Shown one piece after another: positions 27,374 to 37,985 of a DNA stretch of 64,000 bases. The notes under the pieces are model-generated. The model saw only the letters and a list, made by a program, of their open reading frames with translations. It made no database searches and was not told the DNA's origin. Every line of letters starts with the position of its first letter. Within the stretch, counting starts at the first letter, position 1. This DNA is from Plasmodiophora brassicae. Taxonomy: Eukaryota. The stretch lies in NCBI GenBank assembly GCA_036867785.1, contig CP145413.1, forward strand, positions 310,001-374,000. The letters run 5' to 3'. A program made the translations under genes and the position numbers.

Positions 27374-30300
27374 TCAAAGATCGTGTTCAATCGAAGCGTC
27401 GTCCGCCAGGCTCAGAGTCTGCAGGAATGCAGCGATTTCGTTCGGGGACAGGAAGGCGGCCGCGCTGATGACAGTGACCAGCAGGAGCAATGCAAACCTG
27501 AACAGAGACATCAGTGAATCGGGTGACCGTGCCGGTTGCTGACGCGACGTACATGAACATTTTGTTGACGCGCACACCAGTTGCATTAGGCTGGACCGCC
27601 GATTCATTCTGGCAAACAGGTGAGGGTTGCACCATGGAGCCCCAGATACACATGCGCGTACCTCGATAAGGTCAACGACATCCTTCAGCATAGCAATAGC
27701 ATCGTCTGCTTTGGGCAGCGCCATGGACTTCGAATCGGCAAGGAACACGTCGATGGCTCTCGCCAAAGACGACGACGAATCAACAAAGGCACGGGCTTGT
27801 CTCAGCAAGTCCTTCGCATGCAACAGTTGCTCCTCGACTTGCAACAAGCGCTCGTCAACGGAGGACGTCGCCGAGCTCGACGTCTTCAGCGACGACACAA
27901 CGCCAGTTGCAGCCGTGGCGTTGACCGAGGCAGCCTGTTCCCTTGTCTGCTGCAACTGCATGTGTAGCTGCTTGGCAGATTCCAGAAGCGCTTGCTCGGA
28001 CTCATCAGAATCGTCGGCATTCGACGCACGAGCAGGTCTTGGTACCGGAGCAGACTGAATTGATCCAGTACGCGCGGGGCTTGGAGCCCGTGCCACGGGC
28101 CCTGAACCAGCAGGCACCCACGTTCCCGTATTTTCATCCAGGATGTGAACCGTCTTAACTGAAGCGTGTCGGTCAGTGTCCTCCTTTCTCCCAATCAATC
28201 GCCGGAGCAAGGAGCGAGATCGAGGCGGCGAAGGCGGCCTCGTACGTGCCGAAGTCGGTGACGAGACCCCTTTTGGCAACGATTGCGCTCTAACAGGCTC
28301 TGCTGCAGTAGGCTTGGCAGGCGAAGGAGCTCTTACAGCACGAGCGGGTGCACGCATTGGCAATGGCGCATTCGAACGACGGGCAGAAGGAGGCGGAGGT
28401 TGTTTGTCATCAATTGGAGCACTGGATGCTGGTGCCTGTTTGGCATCCTGTGCAGGCTTGGTAGGGCTGGGGACTGGTGGGGCAGGCCGGGATGGACCTG
28501 GAGGAGACCCAGGCTGACGAGGAGTGCGATCAGACGCTGGACGTACAGGCGCAGGCACGGGACGCCCAATAGCGCCACGAGGCGCACTGACAATCCTTCC
28601 TCGAGCAGCCACAGGAGGACGCCGCACAGGAGGAGCCAAACGACCAGGTACCGGCCGCATAGGAGCAGTGCCACGTGCCGGCCGCGCTGGCACTGCACGA
28701 GCGTTGTCAGCAGAAGCACCCCCGGGAATTGATCGTGTAGGCACAGCGGCACCAGTATTGCCGGACAGCGATTTCGTAGGTGAAGAAGGAGCGACTGCCG
28801 ACGTTGATGGTCGCTCTTCCAATGGCTCCACCTTCTCAGGCTCCTTCGCAGCGTGGTCGCGTGGAGACGGCGACCGGGACCTTCTTGGAACAGTAGGAGA
28901 TGGTGCGTCAACAACGGACAACTCAACCACCGAAGGCGGCGTTCCTGACGACGGCTGCTCGACTGGCGAACTGGTTGAAAGAACGGTCGTTAGGCCAGAT
29001 CGGCCAGCTGGTCGAACAGGAGGGCGAAGACCACCCCGAAAGGGCACTGGAGGTCCTCGACGAGGTGCCTTCATGGGTCTCGGTCGGCCGGCTGGTGCCG
29101 GGCGTGATGGTCGACCTGGCGCAGGAGTGACTCGTGGAGGTGCAGCTATCGATGGCGTTTCCGTTCGAACAAGTCGAGGGCTGATGGTCGCAGAGTCAGG
29201 CTTATCGTCAGTTGTTCCAAATGAAACCAGAGCAGGAGCTTCGTCAGCCAGATCGACCGAAGGAGACTTCAATGGTCGCGGTGGCTCATCACCGTTACGC
29301 GAGACCGCGTCCTCAGTGGACTGCTCACGACGTGGAGACGCTGAGCGGACGGAACTTGGCGACTGCGAGCGCTGGATGCGTCTGAACAGAGGCGACACGG
29401 AACGAGATCGTGCAGGATTTGGAGACCGCGTCTGGACAGACACTCGGCCTGAGGTCGAGGTGGGAGACCGTGCCCTGGGTGTTGTACTAGCTGTTGAGAT
29501 AACCGAATCGTCAGTTCGATGGCCACTTGTTGGGGAAGCCGAAACACGCGGGATCAGAAGAGGAGCGGCTGCAGAAGATAATGAGCGCAGATGATTGACT
29601 TCCACCATCCGTTCTTCCGCAATCGCCTTTAGGTCTGCAATTTCGGAAGCGAACTTCTGGAGTTCACTTCGATGCTGTTCGGCAGCAGTTAGGCCATCGA
29701 GTACCGACTTTTCTTGCTGGGCTTCAAGAAGCGCCTGGAGTCGGGATATAGCATCATCCTTTTCAACCAGATGAGATTCCTACACAGCGGCAACATTAGG
29801 CGTACAATTGGTTCACGTGCTGAGGCACCTTACATACCGCATCCGTGGCCTGGTTAAGGGCGAAAGCAAGGCGGTCTTCCGTGTCGCGCTGGGCATCGCG
29901 CATGGCATCAACCAATGCATTCACACGAGAGAGTTCGCTGTCGAGCTGGTCACGCTCCATTGTAACTTCCCGCAACTGCATAAGCGTCTCCAGCAATTGC
30001 TGCGATTGAGACGAACACACACTCTCGGCATCCAATGCTGTGAGCAAGTTTGCCTTGGCGAGAGCGAGCTCCTCTGCTGCTGACAGATAAATACGGTCTC
30101 TTTCCTGGAGAATAGCCTGGAACGATCGGACCACGATGGCATGTTGCTCGCTGGATTCCAGAAGTTGGGTCTTGAGCTCTTGAACAGTGCGTTCGGCGGA
30201 TTTGCCTTCAGCGGCGCTCCTTTTAAGGTCAGCCACGACTGCATCAAGTGCTGTAATCTGGCTAAGGGAGTCCTTCAGTTCCGTCTTCAATGAATCGACA

Positions 30301-32998
30301 ACGTCCTGAAGATTCGCTTCATCAAGGGCCCACTGGCGTTGGGCAGAATCGAACTGCTCGCGCACAGTATCAAGCTCTGTTTGCACTTCTGCTAACAAAG
30401 TCGACTTTGCATCTAGTTGATCTATTAGACGGAACAGCGGATAAGCAAACCACGTAACATCTGGAGTCAGGCGTATTACCCTTTTGAGATTCGATCAAAG
30501 GCTCAATTTCGGCAAGGCGTGCCTCAAGTGAAGACCTTGTGCTTCGTTCAGACGCAAGAGCGGCGCTGACAGCCTCCTGATCACTGTTTGACGCGACAAG
30601 TTCATTCTTGAACGCTGACAGCTGCTCGTTAAGTTCCTGATTCATACTCTTTTCGCGAGCAATCTCTGCAAGCGCTTCGTCACGTTCCGACGACACTTCG
30701 GCCAGCGAGCTCTTGACATCACTGAGCTGCATGTGCGCATCATTTAGTTCATCACGAAGAACTGATTCCACCTCACTGGACTTGGCATTCAACTCCTTGA
30801 GTTCGTCGCGGAGGCTCGAAATCTCGGATTCCTTCTCATCCATCAGGCCTTGCAATGCAGCAATGCGTTCCTGGCTTTCCGATTCGAGGGAGTGCAGAGA
30901 TTCCTGCAGCGCAACGGCCATCGCTCGGGATTCTTCGAGCGCAGACGAGGCTTCTGATTCACGAAGGTTCACTTCACGAAGGTTCGCCCTAAGGTCTTCG
31001 ACTTCGTTTGCTACCGTCTGCAAGCGGTCTCGCTCAGATGCCAGACTAGTTTCGCGATCTCTCAGTTCACCACACTGGTCGCGAAGTTCGTCAACCAGGC
31101 GAGTGACGGCCGCAGTTCGTTCCTCACATTCCTCCTGAGTCTTGGTAATTTGTCGCAGCGCCTCATCAAGTCTCGCTTGAAGCTCAGAGCTACGGTCTGT
31201 CTCGGATGACAGGTCGCTGACGAGCTCCTTATTGGACATCCGAAGCGCCTCAATCTGTTCCAACTGCTCGTACTTTTCCGCCTCGACCACACGCAAGTTC
31301 TTATGCAGGTCATCATTCGCATCGCGCATAGCTGTCAGTTCAGAGGTCAGAAACTGGCATTGAGCGACGAGGGCCTCTTGCTCCCGCGTTGAATCTGTCA
31401 TCGAACGGATCTGGTCCTCCAGAGCGCCACATTGTTCTCGCAATTTCTGAAGCTTTTCGTCAGCAGCGTCCGCCCGACCGGTTTGTTCGAGGAGAGCAGA
31501 CGACAAGTGACCCCGTTCGCGGTCAAACTCTAGCTTACTTTGCTCGTTTTGTGCCCACAGCTCTGCAATTTGCTTATCTTTCTCGGTAACCTGGGCCTTG
31601 AGCTCGCGATTAGCATCTGCCATGATTCCGCATTGTTCCTCCAGGTCCGCTGCTGTTCCATTCAGTTGATCGAGCTCATTCTGAAGAGAGTCGCGGGACG
31701 AGATGACTTCATGAATTTCGTTCTCCAGAAAAGCCCGAGCACGAGTCGCCTCTTGCAGTTCTTGTTCAAGTGCCGAGCTGCTGGTAGCCATTTCTAAAAG
31801 CATAACAACTCGATTAGGCAGCCCCTTAAATTTCCAAAGTGATCACTTCACCTTGTAGTGAATCACAGCGACGGTTTGCCTCCTCAAGTTGGGCAGACGT
31901 CCTGTCAAGTTCTGCTTGTGCCAACTTCAGTTCAGTCTCGATCGATGCGATCCGAGTCTGCGAGCCATGAAGATCACTCGCGAGCGATTCTTGGCCACTT
32001 CGCATTTCGGACTCTGCATGACGCATTCGATCGTTTTCCTCCCTAATCGATAGTATCTCCTTCTGAGCAGCATCAAGTGCATCAGCTTTCAAATCAAGCT
32101 TCCGTTCAACTTCAGCCATTTGTTCCATGTGGGATTTCCGAAGGCTTTCGATTCGTTCGTCGTAATCAGCGACCGCATTGGCATGGCTATCGTTCGCAGT
32201 CGGTGAGCGGGACCTAGAATCTCGTTCACGGTGCGCATAGGATGTTGAGCGATCAGCAGCATGTTCTGCATGGGCAATCTTGTCTTGCAATGTTCGCACT
32301 TGCTTCTCCTTCTCGTCATGTCTAGCAAGACATCAGAACTACGGAACAACCCGCAGTGCATGTCAGCTACCGTGAAGCGGCTCGTGTCAACCGTTGCTCG
32401 GCAGCCCTTAGACGAGGAGAGGATGAAGACGATGATGCCGGTGACAGCGGCGGAGAACGTGATGCTGAGCGGCGTGGTGAGCCGGCAACTTTAACTAATA
32501 TGATAATGTTAGCCGAACATGTCTGAAATCAGTGAGAGTACGTTTTTTACGATTTGACGTTATTGACGACCTTTCAGGACGATTACCAGATGGCCTACAG
32601 CACAAACAGGTGTTGGGAACGCAATTCCAATGCGATCGCGACGACCTTACTTTGCCGAGCTGGCCCTGCTCAACGTACTGAGAATAGAATCGCTTCTCGC
32701 ACTGCCATTTGCACGAAAGTCCTCAGCCTGTTAAACGTTAAACGACGACAGCTGTAGCTGTGAGTGAATACTGGTTACCTGCTTTTTGCAGACTGGGCAT
32801 CTCGGCGATGGATTCCCTGACTGCTGCGAATACGTGACGTAGCCATGGACGCAGGTCGAATGCAGTGTGGCTGAAAACGAGATCAGCGGTACTGCCGTGC
32901 CTTCGCGGTTCCACGCCGGACCGACCTTTGCAGCAGGGCCGGGTGTGCGACATGGCATCTTCACTGACCGCTTTGCCACATATGGCGCAGACGGCCAT
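27374..32998 (-). CDS. Large RING + long coiled-coil + Pro/Ser/Arg-rich + C-terminal TM protein
   Basis: Exon chain joinable by GT-AG introns: CAICG...PCCK|ATLHSTC...RCPVCKK, heptad-rich ORFs 31826-32299, 30370-31803 and 29796-30398, Pro-rich ORF 27374-29608 ending LFRFALLLLVTVISAAAFL. Confidence 0.6.
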
Positions 32999-33257
32999 TC
33001 CGTCACGTCACGCCGCCTGGCGCCTGGCGCGCACCTGATACTTCCTGATCAGCGCCGACGGCCCCCGCACCGTTAGCGGTTGTGCGGTCTGGCAAAAATG
33101 ACGGACGCAGCGTGACCCGCTGTAACGGGCTGTCTCACCGAGATTCCCTGTGCCAATACAGAGCTCGACTGGCAACAGATCAGTCTCCCACATTGTACTC
33201 GTCGACGACTGATGCCGACCGGACACCTTCTACGAGTTTATTGGTAGGATCCGCAAA

Positions 33258-33824
33258 TCAGGCTACGGCAACAGTTTCAGCGTTGTGGTCGGAGGCACTT
33301 GAGGAACTTGAACATGACCAGCGAGGGTCAGAACAACGGTTTGCGTGTTGTGTAGTACGTGACACTGGATGGTTGTGTCTTGCGGCATGTCGGCGACAGA
33401 CTTTCAACGATCGTCGATCACCCGGACCTACGATAAACAGAGCGTGAGCCGCCTGCGGGAACACAGCCTGCTAACCTGTCACCTTCCCAGCATGGTCGTC
33501 CACAACAGCAAGCGGGCTTACCGCCCCTCCAGAAACGCCTAGGACGGCAGTCATACGTTCTAAGGACGCCATGCTGAGATGCCCGACGTCCAGCAACTTC
33601 GCGAGCGCTGGAAGGTCAACGCACTTATCCTCTGAAACAAGCACCACAAAGAACCGCTTGCCTTTCTTGTCCTTCAAGAACAGGTTCTTGTCGCTCAACC
33701 CTGGAATGCAGCTCTTATACCTGGTTACGTCCTCGACTGTGAATAGAGGTCCGTGTTCATGATATACGTCATGGTCGATTGAAAGCTGGTCCAGCCGGTC
33801 GAGCACCGCGTTTCCCGCCGTCAT
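33258..33824 (-). pseudogene. YbaK/ProX (PRORSD1-like) aminoacyl-tRNA deacylase with disrupted last exon (pseudogene or sequence error)
   Basis: Exon 1: HGPLFTVED, KNLFLKDKKGKRFF, LGVSGGAVSPLAV. In the last exon the conserved frame reads VRVIDDR*KSV...IQCHVLHNTQT, and KFL and DHNAETV lie in shifted frames. Confidence 0.6.
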
Positions 33825-34722
33825 CTTTTCGGCAAATGTTTCCTGCGCTACCAGCTCGGAATCTGCTGTGGCGGCCGCGGTGCAATCCGATATGATCATA
33901 TGGATGATGGCTGCGAGAAAAGAAGCCGTGACATTGTGCCACGTGAGAACACGAGGTTGGCCGGAAACCCGTGGCTGCAAGAGCAACCTTCCTGGCACGG
34001 GGTTTCAAGTGGGCAACAGCCAACCAACAGCCAACAAGCCAAGCCCGTACTGTGTTGCACAGCAGTGTGCGTTGCCCCGCGTCGCGCCTGAATGAGTCTG
34101 CGCTTTGTTGGACGAATCTCCGCTGCCTCCCAACCCAAAACTGTTCAGCCTTCTTGGTCAGGCGGTCATCCCAAGTCGCAATTGAAGGGGACCTCAACAA
34201 GGCCAGTGGAGCTTATGGTGTCCGGAAATAAGACACGCATCCAAGTCGACATTAAAGGTGGCGAGTCGTGATGTTTTGTATTCAAGTTACGGTACTAAAA
34301 TGGAGGCTGGCGCCACTGCAGTTATAACTTGTTTTTACCAGGTCTCCATGTAACGAAAGCTCTCGAAACGAGCAGTCGTGATAGGCCTTCGAACTGGATA
34401 GAGCATATTCAGATGAGACTCCGGAATCGGCGAATGCTTGTTGGACCGCAGCCTGTTCTGTTCCGCTTCGGCACATTGTCGTTTCACCATCTCTGCCGAT
34501 TTGAGCAAGCCTCGCCAGCCCGCTTCGACCCATGGCGCCGGGATTTCTCTTGCTTCGGACGATCGGCTCCAGAACTGTCCACACCTGACGCAAACGCTGT
34601 TAGTTCCAGCATGCATCTGCGAGGCCTGCCATGAGGCTGTGCCGCGCCCCAAGAAATGCCGATTGTTGACCAAAAGCAGCCGCATATATATCAGGGGTCT
34701 TCGCCAGCGCAGTACATTTCAT

Positions 34723-35679
34723 TTATAATCGAGAGAGCCAGTCTTTGAAATCGGCCAGCCCAGTGGTCCGGGGCGTGCCTGCGCGATCGATGACCCAGCG
34801 GCAATACGACGGGTCATTAGATCGGATCCACGAGAACGTTTTCCCGCGATGCCTCCCAACCGACATTACTGACGATCCGTCTGCCCCCGAGCGACCAGAC
34901 GATGCAGACACTGGGTTACAAGGGTCGACGTTCTGCACCTTCGACGCGGATTGCCTCAGTACAGGTCTGCTTTCGGTCGTCGCATTGAACCGCAGTCCGA
35001 TCGCCGCCTGAAGAACCTCTTCGAAAACAGCAATCGCCTCAACTGGAGATCGTGAGACCATCGCCCGGAGAAGACGGTCTAGGGCGTCGACGTCGCCAAA
35101 CGCCCGATGAGCTGCATGGTTCGTAATGTTGAACATCATTGTCAGATGCCGCATTCCATACGATGACGCGTCGATCACGAGTTTCCTGGCAATATCCCGC
35201 ATTGTGCATGCGAACTTCCAGGAACCAATCTGCGACTCCAGACCTTGACGGATGGGAGCAGACAGGCGCCAGATCTCGGACTCAAACATGTCCACATCGA
35301 ATCGGCTGTTATGGGCCAGGAATAACGGGATGCGGTCTTGGTCGCAGACCCGTTCCACGAACGCGATGAGGTCCGTAATGCGAGTGCCAAACCCAGGCTT
35401 CCCAACGACGTCGTCGTATGAGATCCCATGCACATGGGAACCTCCAATCGTCCGGTTCGGATTGACCAGAACAGTGAATTCGTCGGCCGTGTCCGATACG
35501 AAGCCCACAAGCCAGGGCACATGGCGGACGCTGATCTCGATGATGCGATCCCGATTCCGATTCAGCCCGGTCGTCTCCGTGTCCCACACGAAAGGACAAA
35601 TCCTGGAAGGCAGCAAAGCCGAAAGACTCACCTGGACAGCCCCAGCCAGGACGGCAAGACAGATAGCCAGCCTCGCCAT
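34723..35679 (-). CDS. Signal-peptide-bearing DEDDh (DnaQ-like) 3'-5' exonuclease with ExoX-like C-terminal module
   Basis: MARLAICLAVLAGAVQVSLSA, ExoI WDTETTG, ExoII HNSRFD, ExoIII HRAFGD, C-terminal MSVGRHRGKTFSWIRSNDPSYCRW; intronless. Confidence 0.85.
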   Translation of the reverse strand: MARLAICLAVLAGAVQVSLSALLPSRICPFVWDTETTGLNRNRDRIIEISVRHVPWLVGFVSDTADEFTVLVNPNRTIGGSHVHGISYDDVVGKPGFGTRITDLIAFVERVCDQDRIPLFLAHNSRFDVDMFESEIWRLSAPIRQGLESQIGSWKFACTMRDIARKLVIDASSYGMRHLTMMFNITNHAAHRAFGDVDALDRLLRAMVSRSPVEAIAVFEEVLQAAIGLRFNATTESRPVLRQSASKVQNVDPCNPVSASSGRSGADGSSVMSVGRHRGKTFSWIRSNDPSYCRWVIDRAGTPRTTGLADFKDWLSRL

Positions 35680-35997
35680 TCTCGCCGTTAGGTAGACTCC
35701 TCGAAATTGGTTGGTGGTTCCCTCGCTCGGAAATAGCACTTCGACGAGTGCCAGCCCGCCCTATTTTGGGGTCTCAACATCTGCCAAGCGCCATGCCCAT
35801 GGGGCAAGTCATCGATTACGCATGTACGATCCTGATGTTGAGTAGCGGTAGGAGATGCTGAACACATTTACATTAATGTGCAATACAATGCGCTCATGAC
35901 GTGCGTAGAGGGCATTCGTCTAGAATGATCCCCACAGAATGAGGTTTCGATTTTTTTGTAATTGGGGTAGAGCCAGGTGCGGTCGCGTACCTGGTAG

Positions 35998-36443
35998 ATG
36001 TCCGAGTCGGCTGTGCTGCAAGCGCGACAGCGCCGGCCGCTGATGCACGAGGACGTGGATGCGTCGGGCACGGCCGACGATACCGAGGTCACATTCCACG
36101 GCGACGTTGTCGCGGAAGCCAATTACGGGCGTGACGGTCCGCCCATACTGCTCCATCCGAGGCGTCTCCCGGTCAAGACCGCAATCGCGGCCGCAGCGTT
36201 ATTCGCCATCGGCATCGTCTTCACTCTCTCCGGCGTGTTCATCTTCCTCAACTATGGCCTCTACGATTCTCTCCCGTTCTTCATCATCGGAGGAATTGGT
36301 ACAACAACATTGCCGATGATCGATGTGTCGTCTGAATCGTCCCAGGATTCATCCCCGGATCGTATAATAGCTGGATTCTGTACCAAGCGTACATGGGCGT
36401 CAAAGGCTATGACTACAGCCAGGTCCCCTCGTATGACGACTAA
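35998..36443 (+). CDS. TMEM230/TMEM134-family two-TM protein
   Basis: PVKTAIAAAALFAIGIVF...PFFIIGGIGFIPGSY...YQAYMGVKGYDYSQVPSYDD after one intron. Confidence 0.85.
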
Positions 36444-36612
36444 AACCGAACTGGACCGGTAATCCGGGCTCTGCATGCTGTAACGCACATCTCGGGAGAG
36501 GGACGCTTCCAACCTACTCATTTATCAGGTTGCCGACTTGTTCGATGTTTCAGTTCGCTGTTTCCCGTTCACTGGTGGGCACGGGGTGCTATGTTTGGCG
36601 GTGTATCGTTAC

Positions 36613-36640
36613 GTGATGAGTGATGAGTGATGAGTGATGA
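36613..36640. repeat. (GTGATGA)4 heptamer repeat upstream of the S1/P1 nuclease
   Basis: Read directly. Confidence 0.9.
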
Positions 36641-36728
36641 CGGTCGACGGCCCGTGGCCGTGACGGTGTTGGGCCGTGTGTGTGAGTGTGACGGTGTCCG
36701 ATTGTCCCTTTGGGTAAATCTCGGTACC

Positions 36729-37658
36729 ATGGTCGTTCTGGGGTTGCTTGCGATGCTGGTGATCACTGGCGCACACGGCTGGGGTCGTGACGGTCATGAG
36801 ATCACGGCGGCGATCGCCGAGTCCCTGTTGAACGACGTGGCGCGTCGTGCGACGGCGGATCTGTTATCCGTCGATGGCGGGCACCTCGCCGATGTCGCTG
36901 ACTGGGCCGACCAGGTCAAGCGTCGCCATGGGTGGCAGTGGTCGTCCGCGTTGCATTACGCGAACACGAGGAGCTGGGAGTGCGGGTATACACCAGTCGT
37001 GGACTGTCCTCAGCATCGCTGCATTGCTGGAGCCGGTATGCATATTGGACCGCAGGCCACTTGCACGTTCTGACTGTTGATCCTGCCAATAGTGCACAAT
37101 TACACAGCAAGGCTGTTGTACCCGACGGAGTTCCCTGGCAACGACCCGTACGTCGCCCTGAAGTTCCTGGTTCACTTCGTGGGCGACATCTCGCAGCCTC
37201 TTCACGTCTCGTTCAAGGCGGATGAAGGCGGCAACCTGGAGCACGGGCACTTCTGCCGCAGGAGAGCTAGTCTGCACGAAATCTGGGACGATGAGATCAT
37301 CAAGCGCCGGGTTCGCAGCGCCCCTTTCGACGGTTCGCGTCAGGCGTACGTATCGTACTTGATTGCACAGATGGGCGTCTCCTGGACCAAGGAGACGATG
37401 GACTCCTGGATTGCTTGCGCCGATGCTGAAGACTGCGCACACAAATGGGCGGCCGACAGCGCTCTGATCGCGTGCAAGGACGCGTACACCGACACGGACG
37501 GCAGCCACATCGCCAACGGCTTTGACCTGTGCGACGCATACTACGCGAGGGCGGCCCCGATTGTGGATATGCAACTCGTCAAAGGCGGCGTTCGTCTCGC
37601 GCATCTCCTCAACAACATCTGGCGTGGACCTACCTATCCAATTGTCATGACCCGCTAG
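36729..37658 (+). CDS. Secreted S1/P1 nuclease
   Basis: Signal MVVLGLLAMLVITGAHG followed by mature WGRDGH; WADQVK, LHYAN, ALKFLVHFVGDISQPLH, DEGGN, LHEIWD, GGVRLAHLLNNI; one intron. Confidence 0.95.
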
Positions 37659-37729
37659 GCGCGTCGCATTACACATTTGGTGTCCTTCGTCATTAAATCC
37701 CAGCGTTGGGTCATTGTCTACCAGTGGCC

Positions 37730-37885
37730 GTTGCCAGTGTGAACTGCACCTAACGTTGCCAGTGTGAACTGCACCTAACGTTGCCAGTGAGAGCTACGTT
37801 CCTGTTACCAGTGAGAGCTACGTTCCTGTTACCAGTGAGAGCTACGTTCCTGTTACCAGTGAGAGCTACGTTCCCGTTACCAGTG
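37730..37885. repeat. Composite intergenic minisatellite: 2 x 25 bp then 4 x 24 bp units sharing core GTTRCCAGTG
   Basis: GTTGCCAGTGTGAACTGCACCTAAC x2; GTTRCCAGTGAGAGCTACGTTCCY x4; final core copy at 37876. Confidence 0.95.
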
Positions 37886-37985
37886 GGAACTCCAGTCAGC
37901 ACCACTGTGTAGGTAGTGGCCAGTGGGCTACTAGTAGTCTGTCGCTGCCACTACAGTACTCACCGTTCCGCGCCACGGAGTACCG

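Noticed and set aside
34000-34700. Short ORFs between ProX and the exonuclease
   Set aside because: No recognisable motif or convincing exon structure.
27250-36000. Lower-GC block as a mobile element or foreign insertion
   Set aside because: It contains spliced eukaryotic genes, and no transposase, integrase, TIR or LTR was seen.
37730-37885. CRISPR-like repeat/spacer appearance
   Set aside because: The core is only 10 bp, the intervening sequences are identical repeats rather than unique spacers, there are no cas genes, and the context is eukaryotic.
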